This document shows positions 19,203 to 27,987 of a DNA stretch of 64,000 bases, piece by piece (positions within the stretch are counted from its first letter, which is position 1; each line of letters begins with the position of its first letter). The position numbers and the translations under genes were made by a program. The notes beneath the pieces are model-generated. The model was not told where the DNA came from. It ran no database searches and saw nothing but the letters and a program-made list of their open reading frames with translations. Location of the stretch: positions 2,166 through 66,165 of the forward strand of contig JAADIO010000032.1 in assembly GCA_013151235.1 (NCBI GenBank). The letters run 5' to 3'. This DNA comes from Deltaproteobacteria bacterium (lineage in GTDB: Bacteria > CG2-30-53-67).

Positions 19203-20354
19203 CTATGCTGATTTACGGAGAATACGTTTGATTGCGGGAATAAACCTGTATTCAACGCCATACAACAATTTTGAATATAATGTGACATTAAAAAGATGAA
19301 CGTTGATATGCCTTCTGCAGTTCCGTGTCCACTTTTCCTTGTAGTGGTCAGAACTTCCCCCCAGGTCATATTCGGTTATCTCCCCCTTTTCGAAGAGTTG
19401 TTGAACGATATGCGCGTCCAGAAAAACACCCGGTGACATCCGGCCGTAATCTTTTTTGTGCGATGCCCGCATGCCGTAAATTTTATCATTATATTTCAGG
19501 TGATATTCAAACGCAACCGGATCGCCTTTGACCTTTAGTAACCAGACCGAGAGCCATCCCTTTTCGGCGGCTACGCGCGAAAGTTGATCGAAGAAACGGC
19601 GGTTCGCCGGGGAGCTTAGCGAGTCTCCAATTTCTTCCGTCCAGCTGTTTCTTGCAATCTCATACAATTCCGGTGCGATGCTTTGAAATGTTGCATAATC
19701 ATTAATTTCTTGTACGGAAAAATCCCTTTCCCGCTTGAAGCGGTTGCGAATATTCCGGAGGGTTTTACGTGCTTTGGATGATCGGCTTTTGTAATAACTC
19801 TCCCAGTCTGAGTTGATTGTGATGTAGGGCGATATCAAGGCGGGTTGTGTGCCGTAAAGAAAATTCTTGTCTTTCAGGATTTTTCGGAGAAAGTCACAGT
19901 TTCGGGAATTTTCGGGGATATTCTTGAATTCGACAAGATCCCAGCAGTCCTTCTCGGCCATCAGGTGATCGAGAATCGCACGTAACGCCTTCTCTCTCTT
20001 TTCCGGATGTAAGAGAAAGTCATTGTGCAGGGAGTTTCCATTCTCGACAAAGGTGAACATCCTGATCGGGAATCCTCGATTACGTTGTCGCCGGATCATC
20101 ATCGGTGCGATCCCGATCAGCTCTTCATTCTCACGGATCAGGAAAATGCGCAGGAGATTCTGCTGCCCGAAGGTTTGCCACCAGCAGCGATACCATTCGG
20201 GCGTGTAAAATACAGTGCTTTCCTTTTTCTGCAGGATCAGCAGGTTGTTCCATTCGGCCTCCAGCGGATGGATCCGATCGAGGTTGTCGATTGAGTGAAC
20301 GGTAATCACCTTTCCCGCCCGTGAGATCTCCGGCGAACCGGAAGGGTTGTCCAA
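19203..20354 (-). CDS. CelD/BcsL-like GNAT acyltransferase (FemAB-related fold)
   Basis: RIHPLEAEWNNLL...VFYTPEWYRCWWQTFG...IGIAPMMI resembles the CelD-type acetyltransferase family. The track ORF reaches 20534 and would overlap the upstream gene by 178 nt. A TTG at 20354, 2 nt after the upstream stop, is a plausible start, but the start remains uncertain. Confidence 0.6.
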   Translation of the reverse strand: MDNPSGSPEISRAGKVITVHSIDNLDRIHPLEAEWNNLLILQKKESTVFYTPEWYRCWWQTFGQQNLLRIFLIRENEELIGIAPMMIRRQRNRGFPIRMFTFVENGNSLHNDFLLHPEKREKALRAILDHLMAEKDCWDLVEFKNIPENSRNCDFLRKILKDKNFLYGTQPALISPYITINSDWESYYKSRSSKARKTLRNIRNRFKRERDFSVQEINDYATFQSIAPELYEIARNSWTEEIGDSLSSPANRRFFDQLSRVAAEKGWLSVWLLKVKGDPVAFEYHLKYNDKIYGMRASHKKDYGRMSPGVFLDAHIVQQLFEKGEITEYDLGGSSDHYKEKWTRNCRRHINVHLFNVTLYSKLLYGVEYRFIPAIKRILRKSA

Positions 20355-20356
20355 AC

Positions 20357-21397
20357 TTATGCGATAATGTTCTTCCGTACCATCGGCCCCATAATCTTGC
20401 TCAGTCCGACCGGAAGTCTTTTCCAGACTGCGACCATCCGTGCCATGGCGGGACTGATCCGGTTTCCGGCTTCCGTCATGCCCTGGTTTTTTGCCCAGCA
20501 GTCCCAATAGAGTTGTTTCGGTTCCGCCCCCCACTGTGCCTTGAACCGGTATGTCCCCCCGTTCGGGGTGGATCTGCCGAAGTCGAATTTTCGGAATCCA
20601 TGTTCACAGGCATACTCGAGGGTCTTCCAGTACAGGAGCATGTTCGGGGCGAAACGGTTGTAGCTTCTGAGGGATGAGGCCCACGGGATTTCAAGGCGAC
20701 CGCGAAATCCGATGAGAAAACCCGAGGCGACCGGGACCTCCCGTGCGTATACAACACAGATCACGGCCCGGTTCGGGAAGAGGTCCAGGATATTACGGAA
20801 CAGCTTCTTGCCGTGTACCGGAGAGCCGAGATCCCGCATGTTTACGGCAAAGACATGGTAGAAATCATCCAGCAGTTCCTTGCTTCCGAAGTGTGCTTCG
20901 AACCCCTCCTTCATTGGTTTTTTGATCTGGCTTCTGAGCTTGGATCTGAAGGAAGTCCAGAGTTCATCGGGGGATTCGGGAAGATCGAGGATCATGGAGA
21001 CCTTGCACTGATTCCGGGTGAGGCCGAGTTCATAAGATTCCGCATGGCGTAGCTCCAGCGCCATCCGATGCTTCCCGGCAAGTTCGATCGCCGCATCGAG
21101 CAGTTTTGTCCGGACATCGTTATTCTCTGCAACGATGCCTCCGTAGTTCACGAAGGGCATGGAAACCAGGAAACGACCGAAGATCAGGCTCTTGACGTAC
21201 ACCAAGGGAAGAACCCCGACGATCTGATCTTCTTTTTCGGCACATAGGTAACAGGTTTGATGAGGAAAGGTCCTTTCCATCAGTTTCTTCCAGGAGAAAA
21301 GATGATAGAGCGATGCCGAAGGAGTCTGAAGAACGAAATCGTCCCAGGCTGTTTTTTGCTCCGGGACTAGGTAGGATATTTGAATGCTTTGTTTCAC
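20357..21397 (-). CDS. FemAB-family protein, PEP-CTERM/exosortase-system associated
   Basis: 346 aa. AWDDFVLQTPSASLYHLFSWKKLMERTF...LPLVYVKSLIFGRFLVSMPFVNYGG is typical of the FemAB-like proteins found next to exosortases. Confidence 0.7.
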   Translation of the reverse strand: MKQSIQISYLVPEQKTAWDDFVLQTPSASLYHLFSWKKLMERTFPHQTCYLCAEKEDQIVGVLPLVYVKSLIFGRFLVSMPFVNYGGIVAENNDVRTKLLDAAIELAGKHRMALELRHAESYELGLTRNQCKVSMILDLPESPDELWTSFRSKLRSQIKKPMKEGFEAHFGSKELLDDFYHVFAVNMRDLGSPVHGKKLFRNILDLFPNRAVICVVYAREVPVASGFLIGFRGRLEIPWASSLRSYNRFAPNMLLYWKTLEYACEHGFRKFDFGRSTPNGGTYRFKAQWGAEPKQLYWDCWAKNQGMTEAGNRISPAMARMVAVWKRLPVGLSKIMGPMVRKNIIA

Positions 21398-21401
21398 TGT
21401 C

Positions 21402-22046
21402 TCAGGAGGAGGTCTTTGTGGACCATTCTAATAGATAAGGATAGAATTTCAGAAGGAAATTTTGCAGGGTCCTCCATTGTTGTTCCGGTCTTTTCTCTAT
21501 CGGCATGGAAATCCGTACAAGCGCACCGTTGGTTCGGTTGTTCTGCAACGCGCGGCGGATCAGGTCAAACCGCTGGAGATACTCGTTTGCAATCACCCGG
21601 TTGTCCGCCTGGTACCAGTAGGCGACCAGCCGTTTGTCGGTGCCGTTTTCGATTATCATCCGGTTGATGTGAATCTTCCGGTCTCCAACCGGAACGGCAA
21701 CGACCTCCCTGCGAACCGGGGTCCAACCGCTGCCGGGATAACAGTGTAGGGGGGAGTGGATCTGTGTGCCGTTCTGCTGGGTTCGGTAGTAGCCGATGTA
21801 GAGCCAGATCGTTTGACCGTCGAGGGTATGGTAGGCCCGGTTCAGAATTGCATCGGCGCCGAGTTTTTTTAGGACGGCCGGTTTTAGGGGGATCTCTTCG
21901 CTCTGCCATTTACCGATCCGGTCCGGGAAGGTTGAAAAATTCCGGACGAGCGGAACCGGGATGGGGTGAGAAAGGGACCGACTGTAGAAAAAGACCCCGA
22001 TCAGCAGGATGAAAATCACCGAGAAATAGAGGTTGGATTTTTTCAT
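21402..22046 (-). CDS. EpsI-family exosortase-associated protein
   Basis: 214 aa. N-terminal TM anchor, then the IHSPLHCYPGSGW motif typical of EpsI. ATGA overlap with the exosortase stop. Confidence 0.8.
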   Translation of the reverse strand: MKKSNLYFSVIFILLIGVFFYSRSLSHPIPVPLVRNFSTFPDRIGKWQSEEIPLKPAVLKKLGADAILNRAYHTLDGQTIWLYIGYYRTQQNGTQIHSPLHCYPGSGWTPVRREVVAVPVGDRKIHINRMIIENGTDKRLVAYWYQADNRVIANEYLQRFDLIRRALQNNRTNGALVRISMPIEKRPEQQWRTLQNFLLKFYPYLLEWSTKTSS

Positions 22047-22963
22047 GATGGTTTCACCTGCTCCGGGTGTGCCGGCCGCCGATGAAACGCCTGCAGGAGT
22101 TCATTCACCCCGAATATGAGAAGCGTAGCGGTCGTATAGACCACGATCCCGGAGGTTTCGTGGAGGAATCCCTGAGCCGTGTCGGGTCCTTTGTAAACGG
22201 CGAGAAGGGCCGTGACGACAAGGCGGAGAATGTTGCTGATCACGGCTATGGGGAAGATAGCGACAACCAGGAGAGCCCGGGGAAGGAAGCGTTGCTGGGC
22301 GATGTAGGTGAAGGCGATCCCGAAGGTGAGAAGTGAGGTCAGGGAGCGCAGTCCGCTGCAGGCATCGGCGACCTCCAGGGTGGTGTTCGGAAGATAAATG
22401 ATGTTTCCTTCATGGTGGACGGTAATGTGAAGAAGGTCAATAGTGAACACCGCCCATTTCGTAGCGAAGAGTTTCATGGGGGATGCGATGGCGTAATAGA
22501 GAATGTACGGCAAGGGGATCATCAGCAGGAGATAGAGGATCGGGAATACAATCGTCTTGCTCCCTTTCTTCCCCCACATGGTCAGGAGGATTCCAAGCAG
22601 AACAATGATGAAAGAAATCCGTGTGGTAAAAAGTTCATTCCCTGCGATGCCGATCAGGTAGGTTGTAAATCCGAACAGAACGACGAACAGCCCCGGGCCG
22701 TAAGGTTCCGGCTGAATTCGTGAGATTTTTTTTCTTTTACGCCAGACGAGAAATGCCGAGATGAGAGGAACAAAGATTCCGTAACCGTAGTTCGGGTCCT
22801 GATTCCAGTCCCGCCAGAGTTCCGGAAATACGGGCGCATATAGAACAAGCAAACCGAAGCCCAGAAGGCTGAGTTGCAACGGAAAGATTTTCCGGGAGGG
22901 CGATATCTTGTCTGTCTGTACGTGCTCTGTGGCCTTCATACAGCTCCGCCCTCTCGGTTCCAT
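22043..22963 (-). CDS. Exosortase (EpsH/Xrt family transpeptidase)
   Basis: Polytopic membrane protein with the catalytic-Cys motif DACSGLRSLTSLL. It is followed by EpsI, and a PEP-CTERM substrate lies in the window. The start could instead be the internal MKATEH. Confidence 0.85.
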   Translation of the reverse strand: MEPRGRSCMKATEHVQTDKISPSRKIFPLQLSLLGFGLLVLYAPVFPELWRDWNQDPNYGYGIFVPLISAFLVWRKRKKISRIQPEPYGPGLFVVLFGFTTYLIGIAGNELFTTRISFIIVLLGILLTMWGKKGSKTIVFPILYLLLMIPLPYILYYAIASPMKLFATKWAVFTIDLLHITVHHEGNIIYLPNTTLEVADACSGLRSLTSLLTFGIAFTYIAQQRFLPRALLVVAIFPIAVISNILRLVVTALLAVYKGPDTAQGFLHETSGIVVYTTATLLIFGVNELLQAFHRRPAHPEQVKPS

Positions 22964-23115
22964 CCGGAAGAGCTTGAGGTTCTTCCTCCATATGGAACTT
23001 CACCTTCCCTCATGGAAGGGCCGGCAGGACCGGCCGGTATTTGTTGGTCTGAACAGGGCTCACCTCATTGAAGTCTTTACTGCGGCTTCATGGTGAGACC
23101 ATCCCGGGATGCCTT

Positions 23116-24069
23116 TCAGGGTTCTACCAGAACACTTTGATACCAGCGAATTGTTTCGGTCAGCCCCTTTTCCAGATCAAATTGAGGGTGATAAGCGAGA
23201 TACTTCTCGGCGTAGGAGATGTCGGCCAGGGAGTGCCGGATATCTCCTTGTCGTTTCTCCCTGTAGCTGATCTCGGAACGGGAGCCTGTGATCTCGATGA
23301 TCTTCTCCGCCAGTTCCAGGATACTGATCCGCTCGCCGTACGCGATGTTGAAGGACCGGCCGGCTGCTTGATCCTGCACAAATCCGGCGAGGTTGGCCGC
23401 AACCACGTCGTCGATGTAGGTGAAGTCCCTGGTCTGTCCACCGTCCCCTTCAATGGTAATCGGCTCTCCCTTGAGCGCAGCGGTGACAAACTTGGGAATG
23501 ACGGCGGCATAATCCGATTTCGGGTCTTGTTTTCGTCCGTAGACATTGAAATAGCGGAGTCCCACGGTGTCGAGGCCGTAGATGTCGTGGAAGACCTTGA
23601 GATAGAGTTCCTTGGTGACCTTGGAGACGGCGTAAGGGGACTGAGGGTTGTAGGGCATCGTTTCGCGCTTGGGCAGTTCCGGGGTGTCGCCGTAGACGGA
23701 GGAGGAGATGGCCGTGACGACTTTTTTTACCCCGGAGTCGAGAGCGGCCTTCAACATGTTCAGCGTTCCCGTGACATTGATCTCGTTTGTAGCGAGGGGA
23801 TCCTCCACGCTCCGCGCGACGCTGGGGCGCGCCGCCTGATGTGAAACCGCCTCAATGCTGAAGGTTTGCATCACGTCGGTTAGATGGCTCCGGTCGAGAA
23901 TGCTCCCTTCAATGAGGGTGAAATCGGGATGATCGATGATTCCCTCCAGGTTTTCCCTGCGTCCCGTGCTGAAATCGTCGAAGACGACCACCGTATGTCC
24001 CGCCTGGATGGATTGTTCGGCAAGGTTGCTTCCGATAAATCCTGCGCCGCCGGTAATGAGAATTTTCAC
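23116..24069 (-). CDS. NAD-dependent sugar-nucleotide epimerase/dehydratase (UDP-hexose/GlcNAc 4-epimerase-like SDR)
   Basis: ILITGGAGFIGSNL Rossmann motif and a YAVSK catalytic YxxxK. I prefer a GTG start at 24069, preceded by GAGGAG 7 nt upstream. The track ORF extends to the ATG at 24129. Confidence 0.85.
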   Translation of the reverse strand: MKILITGGAGFIGSNLAEQSIQAGHTVVVFDDFSTGRRENLEGIIDHPDFTLIEGSILDRSHLTDVMQTFSIEAVSHQAARPSVARSVEDPLATNEINVTGTLNMLKAALDSGVKKVVTAISSSVYGDTPELPKRETMPYNPQSPYAVSKVTKELYLKVFHDIYGLDTVGLRYFNVYGRKQDPKSDYAAVIPKFVTAALKGEPITIEGDGGQTRDFTYIDDVVAANLAGFVQDQAAGRSFNIAYGERISILELAEKIIEITGSRSEISYREKRQGDIRHSLADISYAEKYLAYHPQFDLEKGLTETIRWYQSVLVEP

Positions 24070-24139
24070 GTCTTGCTCCTCTGAATATGAATGGGGGATA
24101 ACCCTGTCAATTTTACTATTATACTTCATTCGTGTTGTC

Positions 24140-24167
24140 GGGGAAAACCTTTTTTCAGGTTTTCCCC
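24140..24167. repeat. Perfect 10-bp inverted repeat in the divergent control region
   Basis: GGGGAAAACC-ttttttca-GGTTTTCCCC. It lies between the minus-strand EPS operon and the plus-strand pilus-like operon, with no flanking T-run on either strand. Confidence 0.5.
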
Positions 24168-24391
24168 GAATTAATATTCCGCCCGGGTAGGGGTTGTGCT
24201 CAAGTTTCCGGGTTGCTGAGCCGATAAGAGAGATACTCAGTCGAAAAATGATGGAAGTCTATAGGAATCTTCACTGGAAATCTACGAAGTCAAGGGATCC
24301 TGCCCTATGGCTTCCGAACTCTTTCGGTTGTGCGGCAGGTCTAATAATCCCGGCTCATGATGGAGCCCGGGAAAATCAACGGAGGTGTACA

Positions 24392-25006
24392 ATGAAAAGA
24401 TTGGGAAGAACATCAGGTTTTACCCTGATCGAGATTATCGTGGTCATTGCCGTCATCGCGATCCTGGCGGCAATCATGACCCCCTCGATCATCAAAAATA
24501 TCGATGATTCCAGAATCGCACGGGCCAAGAACGATGTCCAGGTCCTGGGAGCGTCCGTTGCCGATTTCTACAAGGATACGGGAAAATGGCCGACCGATAA
24601 TGACCCGAGCGCCGGGAACAGTAACTATCTTTATGTGTTGGAGACTGTCGGCGGGACCACCCCCAGTCACAGTGGAACGGATACCAACGGCTGGACCACA
24701 TGGGGGGCCGCACGACGTGACACCTTTGAGAACCAGTTGGTTCTGAACGATCCGAAGGGAGGCGGCAATGCCTATCCGACGACCGGCGAGTTCCGATGGA
24801 AGGGACCCTATATTAACGAGATCAAGAGCGATCCGTGGGGGAACAAATACTACTGTAACGTAATCGGGCTCTGGTACGGCAGGGGCTACGAAGCCGTCTT
24901 TGTCCTTTCCGCCGGTCCCGACGGGGTCATCAATACCGATGTAAAACAGCTTATTTCTTCCAGTCCGACGCTGGGGGGGGACGATATCGGTTTCCGAATA
25001 AAATGA
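24392..25006 (+). CDS. Prepilin-type (GspG-like) pseudopilin/pilin
   Basis: MKRLGRTSG/FTLIEIIVVIAVIAILAAI is a class III signal with a conserved Glu at +5. IARAKNDVQ...GPYINEIKSDPWGNKYY...SAGPDG resembles GspG. Start set at the MKRL ATG (24392). Confidence 0.8.
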   Translation: MKRLGRTSGFTLIEIIVVIAVIAILAAIMTPSIIKNIDDSRIARAKNDVQVLGASVADFYKDTGKWPTDNDPSAGNSNYLYVLETVGGTTPSHSGTDTNGWTTWGAARRDTFENQLVLNDPKGGGNAYPTTGEFRWKGPYINEIKSDPWGNKYYCNVIGLWYGRGYEAVFVLSAGPDGVINTDVKQLISSSPTLGGDDIGFRIK

Positions 25007-25097
25007 TGTGATCGTTTCATGAGGATAAGCTGTTCCTGCTGACCATTGCACCGGGTCCGATTTTTACCATCGGTCACGGGATGAAAGGTTCCTTCTG

Positions 25098-26768
25098 ATG
25101 CCGGTAAGTACACCTCCGAAAACCCGTCCTTTAGGGGAACGTCTGATTGATGCGGGGCTTTTAACCTCCGAGCAGCTTCGCATCGCGCTGAAGGAACAGA
25201 AACGAACGAAAGAGATGCTGGGCCGGATCCTGGTCCGGCTGGGATTTACCACACAGGAGCAGATCGAGGCGGCCCTGGCGCAGGAGTCGGGGACCGTTCA
25301 GAAAAATCTCGAATTTGTCGAGATTGATCTTGATGCCGTCAAACTGATCAATGAGGAGACGGCCCGGAAATACAAACTGATTCCGGTCTCCCGGGAGGGA
25401 GAGGTGCTGACGGTTGCCATGGTCGACACCTTTGACGTGGTGGCCATTGACGAAGTCCAGAACGAGTCAGGTCTTGATGTGAACGTGATTGCCGCCTCGG
25501 AGAAGGATGTCCTGGAGGCGATCAACAAGTATTGCGGATTTTCCGGGTCCATCGATGAAGTGGTCGATCAGGCCCTTGCCGAGGGGCTGGGGCGTGATCG
25601 GGCCGACCAGGAGGCCCAGGAGGCTCCGATCATCCGCCTGGTCAATCAGTTGATCCTTCGCGGGATTAATGAAGCGGCAACGGATATTCACTTCGAACCG
25701 GACGAAAAGGTCCTGCGGATTCGTTACCGTCTGGACGGGGCCTTGCAGCAGGGGTTTCTCCTGCCCAAGCAGTTGCAGCCTTCGGTCATTGCCCGGATCA
25801 AAATCCTGGCCGACCTGAACATTGCTGAATCGCGCATCCCCCAGGACGGCAAGATCCGTTTTCAAATCGGGAAGAAAGATATCGATCTCCGTGTTTCCAC
25901 CCTTCCGACCATTTACGGGGAGAACGTGGTGATGCGGATTCTCGACAAGTCAAAGGTCCTTCTGGGGCTGGAGGACCTCGGTTTTTCCCCGCAGAATCTC
26001 GAGATTTTCACCGAGATGATTCAGCGCCCTCACGGGATCATTCTCGTCACCGGGCCCACCGGATCGGGCAAGACGACGACGCTCTACACGGCTCTTTCCC
26101 ATATCAACTCTCTGGACAAGAAGATCTGCACCCTGGAGGATCCTGTGGAATATCAGCTCTCGGTGATTCGTCAGACCCAGATTAATGAAGAGATCGGTAT
26201 GACCTTTGCCGCCGGTCTGCGCTCCTTGTTACGACAGGACCCCGATGTGATTCTTGTGGGAGAGATGCGGGATACGGAAACCGCGGAGATGGCCATCCGG
26301 GCGGCCCTGACCGGACACCTGGTCTTTTCCACCCTTCATACCAACGATGCCGCCGGCGCTCTGCCGCGGTTGATCGATATGGGGCTGGACCCTTATCTCC
26401 TGGCCTCTTCCATCATCATGGTCCTGGCCCAGCGGCTGGTCCGAAAGATCTGCCCCGACTGCAAGGAGGCCTATACGGTCCCTGCCGAAGAACTGCGGGC
26501 TCTTGGACTGGCCGAGATGGAAGGGTTTTCCTTCTACAGGGGGGCGGGCTGCGATAAGTGTAATCAGTCCGGCTATCGGGGGCGGGCGGCCATTTATGAA
26601 CTTCTTCCGGTGGATCACACCGTTCATGATCTGATTCTGCAAGGGGCTTCCTCCGTCGAGATTCAGAAATCTGCGATGTCACAGGGGATGACGACCATGC
26701 GGAACGACGGATTCAAAAAAGTAGTGGTCGGTTTGACGACCCTCGACGAAGTGATGCGCCTGACGTAA
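25098..26768 (+). CDS. GspE/PilB/MshE-family secretion ATPase with N-terminal MshEN c-di-GMP-binding domain
   Basis: 556 aa. Walker A GPTGSGKTTT, Asp box, Walker B ILVGEMRD and a tetracysteine motif (CPDC...CDKC). The N-terminal tandem 24-residue MshEN motifs are described in the findings. Confidence 0.9.
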   Translation: MPVSTPPKTRPLGERLIDAGLLTSEQLRIALKEQKRTKEMLGRILVRLGFTTQEQIEAALAQESGTVQKNLEFVEIDLDAVKLINEETARKYKLIPVSREGEVLTVAMVDTFDVVAIDEVQNESGLDVNVIAASEKDVLEAINKYCGFSGSIDEVVDQALAEGLGRDRADQEAQEAPIIRLVNQLILRGINEAATDIHFEPDEKVLRIRYRLDGALQQGFLLPKQLQPSVIARIKILADLNIAESRIPQDGKIRFQIGKKDIDLRVSTLPTIYGENVVMRILDKSKVLLGLEDLGFSPQNLEIFTEMIQRPHGIILVTGPTGSGKTTTLYTALSHINSLDKKICTLEDPVEYQLSVIRQTQINEEIGMTFAAGLRSLLRQDPDVILVGEMRDTETAEMAIRAALTGHLVFSTLHTNDAAGALPRLIDMGLDPYLLASSIIMVLAQRLVRKICPDCKEAYTVPAEELRALGLAEMEGFSFYRGAGCDKCNQSGYRGRAAIYELLPVDHTVHDLILQGASSVEIQKSAMSQGMTTMRNDGFKKVVVGLTTLDEVMRLT

Positions 26769-26784
26769 TTCCCGGGGACAGGCA

Positions 26785-27984
26785 ATGCCCGAATATACCT
26801 ATAAAGCGAGAAATACGGAAGGCAAACTGATCAACGGTGTGATGGCTGCGGTCAACCCGGAGGATCTCTATGCAAAGCTGTCCGGGATCGGCTGTTATCC
26901 CACCGGTTTCGAGATCCGGAAGAATGTCTCCCTCGGGGTGAGGAAAAGGGTCTCACGGCGGGATCTGATTACTTTCACGGTTCATCTCGGAACCATCCTT
27001 GCCTCGGGGATCCCGATCCTCACCGGCCTGAAGGACCTGCTGGAGCAGACCGAGGTCGGGTTTTTCCGTCAGGTCATTGAAGACATCCATCGGAATATCG
27101 AGGCCGGTCTTTCCCTCTCGGCCGCGATGGCGGAGTACCCGCAGGTCTTTTCCGAACTGTATGTGGCCATGGTTTCCGCCGGGGAGAGTACCGGGAAAAT
27201 GGAGGAAACCTTCCAGAGTCTGACCTCCTATCTGGAGTGGCAGGAGGACCTGATGGGGCAGATCAAGCAGGCGACCCTTTATCCCATTGTTGTTTTCTGG
27301 GCCATCGTTGGGCTGGTGGCCCTGATCTTTACCGTGGTCCTGCCGAAATTTCTCGTTATCTTTGAAAAGAGCCATGTGGCGCTCCCCCTTCCGACCCGGA
27401 TCATTATTTCGATCAGTCATTTCATGCTCCACTCCTGGCCGATGCTGCTGTGCGGGATCTTTCTCTTTTTCCTGGCGCTGCGCTTCATCAAAGGGATTCC
27501 CGCCACCCGGATCGCCTATGACCGGCTCAAATTGATGATCCCAGTTTTCGGGGCCTTAAGTCACAAGATTATCCTGGCCCGGTTTGCGCATACCTTCAGT
27601 TCCCTGTACCGTTCCGGCGTCAATATTATTCATGTTCTGGAATTGATGGAGAAAACAACGGGCAACCGGGTTTTTGAAAGAGCGGTCGTGGAGATCCGCC
27701 AGAGGGTTCAGGAAGGACGGGGTGTTGCCGAGACGATGCGGGAGACGGGGCTCTTTCCTCCCCTGTTCGTTCGGATGGTTTCCATCGGGGAAGAGACAGG
27801 AAGCCTTGATTTTACCCTGGAGAAACTGAGCGGTTTTTACGACCGTGAGGTTCCGATGACCGTTAAAAAGGTCTTCGGTATCATGGAACCGTTGATCATT
27901 GTGATTTTGGGGGGAATCGTGGGGACGGTGGCCATGTCGGTTTTTCTGCCCCTCTACAAGATGATGAGTGTGGCCGGAGGTTAA
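26785..27984 (+). CDS. GspF/PilC/MshG-family inner-membrane platform protein
   Basis: 399 aa. Two repeated T2SS_F domains and 3 TM segments, positioned immediately after the ATPase. Confidence 0.9.
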   Translation: MPEYTYKARNTEGKLINGVMAAVNPEDLYAKLSGIGCYPTGFEIRKNVSLGVRKRVSRRDLITFTVHLGTILASGIPILTGLKDLLEQTEVGFFRQVIEDIHRNIEAGLSLSAAMAEYPQVFSELYVAMVSAGESTGKMEETFQSLTSYLEWQEDLMGQIKQATLYPIVVFWAIVGLVALIFTVVLPKFLVIFEKSHVALPLPTRIIISISHFMLHSWPMLLCGIFLFFLALRFIKGIPATRIAYDRLKLMIPVFGALSHKIILARFAHTFSSLYRSGVNIIHVLELMEKTTGNRVFERAVVEIRQRVQEGRGVAETMRETGLFPPLFVRMVSIGEETGSLDFTLEKLSGFYDREVPMTVKKVFGIMEPLIIVILGGIVGTVAMSVFLPLYKMMSVAGG

Positions 27985-27987
27985 ACG

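Noticed and set aside
24194-24391. 66-codon N-terminal extension of the pilin ORF
   Set aside because: The class III signal peptide (MKRLGRTSG/FTLIE) must sit at the very N-terminus, and the ATG at 24392 gives exactly that. The upstream part is the control region. Other track-ORF extensions were trimmed on the same logic: 9693-9848, 17273-17329, 20355-20534, 44147-44209, 47147-47251, 51046-51177 and 57736-57843.
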